A stretch of 64,000 nt of DNA. Source: Ministeria vibrans ATCC 50519. Its lineage: Eukaryota > Protista > Filasterea. Shown here piece after piece: positions 50,715 to 62,056 of the stretch. Under the pieces are notes generated by a model, which was given only the letters and a program-made list of their open reading frames with translations, did not search any database and was not told the origin of the DNA. Position 1 is the first letter of the stretch. Every line of letters begins with the position of its first letter. The position numbers and the translations under genes were made by a program. The DNA is taken from contig CALSCP010001486.1 in the NCBI GenBank assembly GCA_943704425.1, forward strand, positions 6,957-70,956, read 5' to 3'.

Positions 50715-53636
50715 AGAAGCAAAACAAAACAAAACAAAGCTAACTCTTATCGCCTATCGCTTAACCAGGACGCACGCCGCTTCATCTGGCCTGCGAAAGC
50801 GGTGTTATTGATACGGTCAACGTGCTCATCAACGGTGGTGCCTGTACGATAAGCGAATTACTTTTCTCGACCGATCACAACAGCGATAACACAAATTTTT
50901 TTTACAGCGATTTCGCGAGTGGCTCACGACGGCTCGACGCCACTCTTTACGGCGACACGTTGCGGAAACGAACAAGCTGTGCGTGTGCTACTTAAGGCAA
51001 ACGCCGACGTGAACCAGTCGATGGACTCAACCATCCACACGCATGTCAAGATGACACCGCAAGACACACTTGTGCGTTCGCTCATGAGTGCGCGTGTCGG
51101 CGTTGAAGACGAACTCGTGAGCAACGGTACAGTTCCACTCTTCCTGGCAAGTGCTCTAGGCTACGAAGGCGTCGTGCGTGCTCTGGTGGAGGGTGGTGCT
51201 GACGTCAACTACCGTGATTCCGAGCAGGTGACCGCGCTCTTTCTGGCGGCCGCCAATGGACACGGTGCTGTCGCACAGTTCCTCATCAAAAAAGGCGCGT
51301 TGATCAACCCGGAATTACCCGGTGGCATCACGCCGCTTTACATTGCGGCGCGCAACGGTCAGATTGCGTCGCTCCAAGTGTTGTGTGACACCAATTCGGC
51401 ACTGGTGAACAAGCAGACGGACACGGGCGAGACGCCGGTGTACGCCGCAAGTGAGCACGGCTACGAGGCCGTTGTGCGTGTGCTGTGCACGCACAACGCC
51501 ATGACACACCTGCCCGTGGTGGGCGGTGCCACTGCCATGCACGCAGCCAGTCGAAATGGCCATCTTCTTGTGGTGCAACATCTGGTGGCGGCCAAGGCCG
51601 ATGTGAACGCGCGTCGCTTCGACGATGCCACCCCACTTTACTGTGCCGCCGAGGGAGGTCATTTTCGCGTTGTTGAATATTTGCTTAAGCATGGTCAAGC
51701 CAATCCAGCCAACACCATTGCGGGCGGTGCGTCACCGCTCTTTGTCGCCGCGTACAACGGCGACCTGGAAATTGTCAAGCTTCTGCACCAGTACGGCGCC
51801 GACCTGTGCCAGGCCAAACCCACGGGCACTACACCACTGTTTGTGGCCGCCCAGAACAACCAAGACCATGTCGTCAAGTATCTGATGGACCAAGGGGTCG
51901 ATATCAACGCACCCACTTCCACAGGCGCCACTCCCTGCCACGTAGTCGCCGAGACGGGTGTCGTCGAGATGCTCGAGCAACTGCTTGTTCTCGGAGCCAA
52001 AGTGCACGCCACGATGGAGCCGAACGGAACCACACCGCTCTTTCTGGCGGCACAGTACGGGCACAGCAAGATGATTCGTGCGCTGGTCAAGGCGGGGGCC
52101 CAAGTCAACTTTGCCAAGACAGATGTGAACACGACACCGTTGTACATTGCGTGTCAGAATGGACACATATCGGCCGCACGCGCGCTCATTGAGTTGGGGG
52201 CGGATGTGCGTGCGGCGTCCAAGACGGGCGCGACGCCACTGTATGTCGCCAGTCAGAATGGTCACATTGACTGTGTCGAGTTACTTGTCAAGAAGGGTGC
52301 CGACGTGAACAAGAAGCTTGTGACGACGGGTGCGACCGCCTTGTGCATTGCAGCGACCAACGGGCGCTCCGACGTGTGTGATGTGCTTCTCGACGCCAAC
52401 GCGCGCGTCGACGACGCAGCAAAGAATGGTGCGACGCCGCTGTTTCTGGCGGCACGTCGGGGTCATCTGGAGCTGACGGGGCGTCTTATTGAGCGCAATG
52501 CAAATGTGCAGGTGGCTGTGGCGGGTGTGACACCGTTGATGGCTGCGGCGGGACGCGGCGACGATCACATGGTTCTGAAGCTGTTGGAGCACGGAGCGGA
52601 TCCCAATGTTAAGAGCGACAAGGGACTGACGCCGTTGTTTGCGGCGTCCTTCAAGGGGCGACTGACCACCGTGCGGCTGTTGCTTGCGGCCGAGGCGGAC
52701 CTGACCATTGCGGGTCCCGAGGGCGTCACGCCGTTGATGATTGCGTCGTTTGCGGGCCACACGGATATTGTCGAGGCGCTGCTGTTTGGGGGTGCGGATC
52801 CGAACCACACGAGTGATTTGAATTTGACGGCGTTGATTCTGGCGACGAAGAACAACTATAAGGCGGTGGTGAAACTGCTGCTGGAGTGTGGGGCAGAGCC
52901 GGATGTGGTGCGTGCGGGTGGCCGCCGAAACAGCCTCAATGTTGCTAATGCAATGGGGTTCACCGAGCTGAGTGACATGCTGCGCGAGCGCATCATTGGG
53001 AGGAAAAAGGAGGAGATTGCGGAAGCGAAGGCGAGCAAACGACGGTCGTCGCAGTCCTCGGACGGCGAGAAGCCCGGGTTCTTTCGACGACGGTCGAGCT
53101 CAGGGGGGAGCATCAAGGATGGTGTCACGGGGGGAGCGGAGAAGGGCCGTCGACGCAGCTTCTTTGGTGGAGGTAGGAAGACGAGTACATCGTCTATGCT
53201 GGGCGACGAGGCCGACTACGATACCAAGTCGATTCGCGAGGAACTTGCGGCACTGCCCGAGGCTAACGAAGACGAGGAAGACGTCAAGTCGCCCCAAGTG
53301 CACTTTCAAGAGGAGAAGGAGGAGAAGCCGCTGGTGCCCGACGAGACACATGTGATTCAGTCGGTGAAGGAGACACCAACCGAGAGCGCCCCGGCCGCTG
53401 TGGACCTGCAGGAGACCGATGCGACGAGTCTCGCCGACATAGACGAGCTCCAAGACGAAGAGCACTTTGTCGATACCAGCAAGAAAAACACTGATGTGAA
53501 CGCCACCATGGACGATGCACCACCGCCGCTCGAAGTTGAAGTGACAGAGGAAGCAGCGGATGCGACTTCTGATGCCCCGCCACCACTCGATGAAGATCCC
53601 GACTACGACGATGTAGAAGGAACTGCTGCTGAATGA
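49865..53636 (+). CDS. Ankyrin-repeat protein (more than 20 repeats) with a basic/Ser-rich and acidic tail
   Basis: Repeated GxTPLxxAAxxGHxxxVxxLL units. Four short 5' exons, then one long exon (50908-53636). Confidence 0.93.
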
Positions 53637-53828
53637 AACGGAAGACTCAACGAGAAGAGAGAGGGAGAGAGGGAGAGAGAAAAAAGGGAGAAAAAAAGAA
53701 ACACAAATAACACCGAATAAATAATGACATTTGCCTTAGTTTAGTTTCACAGTTTTTTTATTTCACACATATTGCGCATTGGGGAGTGGTTGTCGCGTCG
53801 GGTTAAATAACACTCGGGTCCAGCAGGA

Positions 53829-56800
53829 ATGTGGGCGAACAGCATCTTCATCCTCACCGCATGTTTGGGGCTCTCGTTTTTCTCCACGCGAGGTATGTTA
53901 TTGTGTGACGTAGGTGTCTTCCACACCGTTTGCTCGTTCACTCCCTCTTCCTTGCCGCATCGCTGCATTGGGCACTGGCGCTCATCTTCTATTCTTCTTA
54001 TCAATTCCATTGACTCCTTCCGCTTTTATGCCCATTCTTTGCTGTCATATAGTGTGAATATCATATTTTGAATTTCTCAGTGATCGTTCGTTCTTCCGCA
54101 AGTTCCCCTGCCATTCTACTCCGGCGCTGCCCGCATACTATAAAATTTACCTCACGCATGAATATGAAACTTCGCGCTGGTTGATTATAGCTCTAGTTTG
54201 GGCCCAACACCTTTTTGTATTTCCGTCACTGACGTCACTTTCATTTTCAAAACGTTTACCAAAACTCAGCGGCGCAAGTCTGCATCAACGGCGGCTATGC
54301 CGTGTTCAACAGCAACTGTCTCTACAACGACTTGCTCCAGTTCGGCTCGACTGGGGGGTCTGATTTTGGCTTGCAAGTGTCCATTGACGAATACAGCGGC
54401 GACATCTTCCTTGTGGGCCACTCCAACGGCCCCTGGAGCGGCTTCACTCCGCAGGGGAATGATGTTGTTGTGGAGAAGACCACTGCCACTCTGGGAGGAG
54501 CGAGCTCACTCATGGGCAGCCCCTTCTCCATCACGGCCTCGGGCGACGACACCGTCTCCTCGTCAGCCATTGACTTCAGCACGGCCACCGACAATGCCAT
54601 GCTGTACATCACCGGACTCACCTACTCCAACATGTTTGCAACGCACCTCGGCAAGTACGAAGTCAATCCCTTATCACTCAAGTCATGTGTGTCATAAGCG
54701 CACTCTCCTGTTATCCTTCCCTCCACACACACACTCTCTCTCTCTCACATGGCGCGCCATAAATCTTCTCTTAGTGGTGATATTTTTCTTGCTGCCATGG
54801 ATGGGTCTACAGGAACACTCTCGATTACCTATCAAGGAGGAACCTCCACGTACGATGGTTCTACCTTGGTCATATTCGATCCAGTCGACTCAGTCGCCTT
54901 CGTACGTCCATTAACGTACATTGTATATCAGGAATACTTAATTTTGTTTGGTGTTGAAGGTTGTCGGGTGGACGCGCGGCACGATTAATCCCGACGGCAC
55001 GTTCTACGTTGGCTCCGACCCGTCGTCGCAGGCCCAAGACGCGTCTGGATTCGTCCTGCCCATCACTGGAACAAAGTGGACGGGTGGTGGAAGCGCAGGC
55101 CAAGTTGGTTCCATCTTAAATGTCGCCCATGTTTTCAAACGGGAGTATATATTCGCGGCGACCATCGATACAGTGAATCGTGTGCTCTACGTGGGCGGAC
55201 GAACCTTCAACTCATTCTATGGAACGCTCTCGGGCACAGCGGATGCCTTCATCACACGCGTGAACATTGCAAGCCCTCTTGCACCCGTCTTCTTAAACGG
55301 CATCCAGATGAGCACCGCCATTTCCGGCTACGGCAACTCCGAAAACACGTACATCTCTTTTCACCCTTGATCCATGTCTACCAAAACGACATTCCATTGA
55401 TGCTTTCTGCTTAGCGACTCAATGGCCATCAACCCGTTGACCGACTCGCTGTACATGGTGCTCTCCATGAGCTCTGGCACCACCTCAAAGACCTTCTTGC
55501 GCTGCTACTCGTTGGATCTAGCTACCCTCAAGTATGAGGTGCAAATCGCCGTCACACGACCGTACGAACACACACATGTCACATATGCACATTTACATAC
55601 GTCGTTTAACTGAACCTCTATTTATTTGCTTGGGTTTTTCCTACCGCCACAGTAACCCGCAAAGTCATAGTCTTGCGCTTGATCCTGAACTGGATCTACT
55701 TGTGATGGCAGGCCAAGACTTTGACTGGGTCACATTTACACCCGAAGCCATTGAAGAGCGCCACAGTGCCTCCACAGGCGCTTACGTGTCACAGGTAAAG
55801 AGCATATCTTGTTAATATCTACTTTCTTTTGACTATCTATCTCACAATTGCCTTACTCTTTTCTCTCACAGAGCACCTTTCGAGCTGCGTCGAACTCTAA
55901 CACAGGGTATAACCATGTCACATGCGACACCGTGCGACACTACTGCTCATTTTCCGGTATATTACACAATCGATGACTTCTTTTCAACTCACCCTTTGTC
56001 CTTGGGTTTGTTTGTTTGTAGGGTGGACTGATCATACGGTCAGTGGTTCGCCACTGGGAAGCAATACCTTCTTGTTCAAGTCAGAATGTAGCATTGAAAA
56101 CACAGAGGAGTGTGCGTGTCCCGCAGGCTTTTCAGGCGATCGTTGTGCTGAGAGTGCTTGCTCTCCGTACCACTCGTGCGGGACCAACTCGAAGTGCAAT
56201 GTTGTGCCTGCACACCCCAATGGATACACTTGTAGCTGCTTTGAGGGCTTTACTGGTCCCTCGTGCTCCACTGCATTCTCTCCTTGTGATTCCAATCCCT
56301 GTCTCAACGGCGCTACGTGCAGCTCCAGTAAGACGGACAATTATTTTGTACTTTTGCTTACACACTCGTTCTTCAGCTCTTGGCGATCGAGGCTCTCCCG
56401 TATTCAAAGTGATTGATGGTGCCAGCACAATCACACGAACCAATCAAGTCAACGTGCAGTCATTTGTGCTCACTTCCACAGCCACCGTTCGCCTCGGGAT
56501 CATGACCCAAACTCTCTCATGTAAGATGTCGGTTTCAGTATTGTTATTGAATCTGATCGAGCCTTGTCGACTCTTTTTAACCCAGCAATGGGAGGTGCTG
56601 CCTTGCTTGGAGTGTACGACGGCTACAACGACGGTCTGATCATTTCTGAGCTGGTTGACAGTTTTATGCCAACAAGTGAAGGGTTTGTCTGGGCACTCAC
56701 CGAGTTTGAAGCGATTGGCGGCAGGACTTACACCGCGGTACGATTCAATACGGCGTGACATATGTGATAATATATAGTATTGATTGCTTTGGTTGATAGG

Positions 56801-59800
56801 GAGTGTATGTACCGAGTGGTGTTTCTGCCACTATGGTTGCTTTCATTTCAGATCTGCTTGAGAGACCGAGTTTGGCAACGATTGGGTCTTCGCTCGCGTT
56901 CAAAGGGTCCTCAGGCGTCTCATTTACTGCAACAGTACCGACCACATCCGAGACACAGCCTAGGTTCTCGGGTGTTCTCTTTGGAATTGCGAGTGTTACC
57001 GAGTACATGTGTATTTGTTCGCTGGGGAAGACCGGCGAGGACTGCTCGATTGATTTGGATGAGTGCGCGTCAAATCCATGCCAGAACGGCGGTGTGTGCA
57101 CGAACGGACTTGATCAGTACACATGCAACTGTGCGGGCACCGGTTTCAGTGGAACGCAGTGTCAAACGGACATTGACGAGTGCGCGTCGAATCCATGTCA
57201 GAACGGCGGTGTGTGCACGAACGGGGTTGATCAGTACACATGCAACTGTGCGGGCACCGGTTTCAGTGGAACGCAGTGTCAAACGGACATTGACGAGTGC
57301 GCGTCGAATCCATGTCAGAACGGTGGTGTGTGCACGAACGGACTTGATCAGTACACATGCAACTGTGCGGGCACCGGTTTCAGTGGGACCNNNNNNNAAC
57401 GGACATTGACGAGTGCGCGTCGAATCCATGTCAGAACGGTGGTGTGTGCACGAACGGACTTGATCAGTACACATGCAACTGTGCGGGTACCGGTTTCAGT
57501 GGGACGCAGTGCCAAACGGACATTGACGAGTGCGCGTCGAATCCATGCCAGAACGGTGGCACGTGTGGTAATGAAGTCAATGGGTACACCTGTACTTGTG
57601 TTACTGGCTATTTTGGCGACGAATGTCAAGCTGACGTGGACGAATGTGCCTCGAGCCCATGCCAGAACGGTGGTGTGTGCTCGGACACAGTGGACGGCTA
57701 TTCGTGCAACTGTGCGGGCACTGGTTTCAGTGGGACACAGTGTCAGACCAATTTTGATGAATGTGCTTCCAGCCCATGCAGGAATGGCGCCACATGCTTG
57801 GATAGTGTCAATGGGCACACGTGTATCTGTGTCGTCGGTTATACAGGCTCTCTTTGCCAGACGGACATTGACGAGTGCGTGTCGAGTCCCTGCGATCCTG
57901 CCGGAACTGTAGAGTGCTACAACTATACGGGAAACTTTACGTGTGAGTGTTTCTCAGGTGTCTCTGGCATCGCTTGCGACATCCGCGAAGCTTTGTGCGC
58001 GTCCTCTCCTTGTCAGTCTGGCATCTGCACCGAGAATACGTCGGGTCCGACAAATTTTATCTGTGTGTGTGCACTTCTCTTTACTGGCGCCGCCTGTGAC
58101 GAAATAGTCCCGCTCGATGACGTCGCGGCGTTTCTCGGTGGCAACACAACTTCTGACCGTGTTAATGTGTTCACTGGCCTTGGCAACCTCAACGTCACCG
58201 TTGGGACACTCGAGCCGATTGTTGAGCTGCTGAAGAACATGACGGCGGATTCGACTGTGCTTGTCAGTGACGAAGCCTCGATGGTGATGGGCTACTTCAG
58301 CCGTGTGTTGGGCCTTGATCTGTCCGGAGGCGTGTCCAACTCAACGTACGCTTCCATCACGCAGGTCCTTAGCAACCTCATGGTTGCCCCTGCTGCAACC
58401 GCGCAGGCCATTCTTGATGCTGAAGCATCGCAGGATACACCAGCCGAATTGCTCGAGCGACTCTCTCAGGCGGGCATTGGAGAAGCAGCACTGTCATGCA
58501 CCACTCCGCTCTTCTCTGTCGCCTCCGACGACGGTTTCGTTGCCTCCTCCGCTCTCATGGCCAGTGGTGAATCTCTCAAGAGCTTCACTGCCCAGCGTGT
58601 CGTCGAGCGATCCGTCCAGTTTTCTACGAGTACATCGTTTGGCGATGTGGTTTCCGCCCAACAGGGTGTCGGGTGCACGCGCGTTGTCATTAACGCCATG
58701 GCTGCCGATACCTTTTTCCAAGGCGATCCCTCCATTCGCACGTACTCGCCAGCATTGCTGTTGTCTCCCGTTGGTATGACGTCCACCGGTGACACAGTCG
58801 GTGCAAGCGAGATTGCTAGCAGCGTCATGACGGTGTCCTTCGTGGATCTTGCGCTTCCCAACCCTCTGCCCAACAATGCGACTGTGCGCCTGCGTTTGCA
58901 GACAACCGCGGCGGTTGCCAACGTGACCGAGACGAAGCGCTTTCATTGTGTTGCATGGAACTTTACGACGAAACGCTGGTCACAAGAGGGTTGTCAGCTC
59001 GTGTCGCGGGTGGGTGATATGGTCGAGTGCGAGTGCGAGCATTTGACCAACTTTGCGGTGCTCTTTGATGTTAACAACAACGCTGTGCAGTCGACAGCAC
59101 TTACCGTCGTCTCGTACATTGGCGTGATCATTACCATCATTGGTACGGCGAGTGTGGTCGTAGTATACGCGACGCTGCGTAAACTACGCACTCGCCCCCT
59201 TCTCTTGGTCATGATGTTTTGCTCGGCTGTCTTTGCAAGCGAGTTTATGTTTCTTGTCAACTCACTCACGGCAAGCGCCGCGTCCACTGCAGGCTGCTTT
59301 GCCATGGGCCTCATTCTGCACTATACCATTCTAGCGCAGTTTATGTCGCTTCTGTGCATTGGCATGGGTTTCCACCGTCTCCTCTGTCAGGCGCGTCAAC
59401 TTAACGCACAAACTGTGCGTCGCATGGGCTTCTCCGTGCTTCTGGTACCCCTGATCATTATTGCTGTGTACCTCATAGTTCTGGCGGCTCTCGACAGCAC
59501 CACAGTCGCGTCTGCATACGATGACACGTACGGCACGGGCCGCCTGTGCTTCGTGTCGACCACGCCGCGTCTTGCCAGCGTTGTCTTTGGACCGGCTGCG
59601 CTTGTTCTCCTTGTCAATTTGGTGCTGGGCACACTTATTGTTGTCTCATTGCGTCGCCAGCAAAAGCAACTTGCCCCCAACTTGCGCGAGACGCGATCGG
59701 TTACGCTCTCACTGGCCTTCCTGCTCGGTGCAACGTGGCTCTTTGCCGTTTTTGTGGTTGCACACGCGTCGGTGGTCTTTCAGTATCTTTTTGCCATGTC

Positions 59801-60788
59801 CAATGGCGCACTGGGCGTGTTCCTCTTTGTCAACTATGTGCTTGCGTCCAAGACACGCAGCGGCATCCAGGAGTTCATCTCAACACTGCGTCAGCGACGC
59901 ACTCAGACATCGTCGCGGACGGGAGGCGGCGGCCATCAGGGCGGCACGGCAAGGAGGGGAACGGGCTCGGGCTCGGGTGCTCGGAAGACCAAGTCAAGCC
60001 AAGGCACCAATATCCGTGGTGCAGGTGGGAGTGCGCGCACAAGTGGGAGTAGTCAACCCGAGTGCCGACTGCCTCTGGCGGCGAACGAGCTGTCCGAGGG
60101 CGTCCCGCTGACGCCACCACCGCGGGCTAGTGCTCCGCGCCGCTGGTACTATGCATTTCGTCGGGGCATCAGCCAGCATGGAACGCATGAGCTTGTGCAG
60201 ACAAGCGATCCCGACCGCAGTCTGATTGGTTTGAAGGCGGGTCGACAAGGTACAACAAGTTCGTTGTCTGCATTGGACAGGGGTGCATCGCCGCACGGAA
60301 CGATTAAGGAGATGTCGCTCGATCCCTCGTCCTCCTCGGTGTGGGTGTGCTCGCCGACACTGAGCAGCGTGCGGACTGTGTCGAGTGGGCACCGCACAGG
60401 CGAAGGGCGTCGAGCGTCGTCGTCTCTCTCCGAGTCCACCATTGCATTGCAATACCTTGTCGATTCGATGACGCCCAAGAACTCACCGGCCATGAAACGA
60501 ACAAGTGGGGGAATGCAATCGCCGAAGCGACAGCAAAAGAAGAACTCATTCGATTCGCAGGATGAGCTCTACGAGGGATCGCGTTCGCAGATGTGGATGG
60601 AAAACGGTAGAAACGACAGCGTCACTCTCTTCTCAGAGGAGGATGTTGATGAAATGAGCGAGAGGGAGGGTCGCCTCACGAGTGTTTACAACAGTCCGGC
60701 GGCGCCTTGGGTGACCAGTCCTACTGACGACAATACCTTTGATGGCGACATTATTGTTGTCGAAAATATGATGAGTACTGCGGTGTAA
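53829..60788 (+). CDS. Adhesion GPCR: signal peptide, SBBP-like beta-propeller, EGF/EGF_CA repeats, GAIN/GPS, 7TM, long Ser-rich tail
   Basis: Signal MWANSIFILTACLGLSFF and DIDECASNPCQNGG repeats. GPS CVAWNF..WSQEGC..CECEHL|TNFAVLF. Seven hydrophobic segments including GLILHYTILAQF, FLLGATWLF and FQYLFAMSNGALGVFLF. The 5' exon structure is partly uncertain. Confidence 0.9.
57052..57518 (+). repeat. Four near-identical 117-bp tandem units encoding Ca-binding EGF domains
   Basis: Units start at 57052, 57169, 57286 and 57402 (1 nt short across the 7-N gap). Confidence 0.93.
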
Positions 60789-62056
60789 ACAAACCGGGTG
60801 TAACAGTATGCGTGTAAATAAATATAAAATATTATTATGATTATTTTAAAATATTAATTTAATGATGATTGTAAAGAAAATACAAAATGAAACACAGACG
60901 TCGTAATAATAATGATAATAATAATAATGGTGATGATAATAATAATAATAATGATAATAATAATAATAATGATAATAATAACAAGAACTCTCTTCCAGTC
61001 TTCCCTTGACGACATATATCATTAGACTTTAGAGACTTAGCGTGCCTCTAATCTGAGATCAACATCACAGCCTCACGCCTCGAACACGCCTCTTTGATGG
61101 CCCCAGTCTCAGGCGTCTCTTCTCATGGTACCTCGGACTTACTCGGTGAGTGAGCAGACGGTGACGTGTTAGTCACTGTTAATACAGTGTCGAGGTTCCA
61201 AGGCGACTAGGTCACTAGGCGAGGCGCGTTGGGGGGCGTAGAAGAAGCAGGTTTAGCCAAACGATTGATTATCGTCGAGGTGTCATGGCATGAAGGTGTC
61301 ATATCTCCTTATATTGATTGGAGATGTCAGATGGCAATGTCTCAATAAGAACGGAACGCTGGGCTTGGATATAGCGTCGCTATTGACTGTGGGAAGAGCG
61401 TGGCCTATGGTATGCAAAACCCCACTCACAGACAGACAGACAGACAGTGCCTCACTTACCCCACTAACCCCAGTAGTCTATTGCCCTCTGTATTGGTGTT
61501 AGGTGATGATGTTGAATCTCTGTCCGAAAAGAGAAAGTGACGAGTTCTATGACTTCGTGACGAGAGGACGAAACAAAAGAGCCCAAGAAGAAGGTTGAAT
61601 GAAGGTCTCACACGCAGCCACACACAGGTCACCAGGTCACAGCCAGTTTCTTCACCGTGTGGCGCAGGCCGCAGGGGTATTTGTGCTTTATGAAATAGGA
61701 CAGTGGATGAGTTGAGGTTTCATTTTTCGTTTTTTTTTTAAAACGAAAAGCAGCCCACACAGCTCAGAACCACTTGGAGGCACTTTCTAAGCTACTGGAG
61801 CGTCAGGAGAGAGCGGATACAGATTGGCTGATGCCCATATGAGTGGCGCGTTGCCAGATACGCCGTATTCCCTCTGATAATGCGCTGAGGAGAATTTTTT
61901 TCAGACAGAACCGTATCCCTTTTTTTTTCTGTCAGTATTCAGTTGTATACTTAAAACTAAACAGCTAAATTCACTCTCTCGTCACTGAAGGCCTCCCAGC
62001 CGTAACCTGTCGAAGTGCCCACCCGGCCACCCACTGTCCCCCCTACCACCTTCACA

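Noticed and set aside
57391-57397. Frameshift that would make the adhesion GPCR a pseudogene or two genes
   Set aside because: The shift coincides with an N-gap that is 1 nt shorter than the repeat unit requires.
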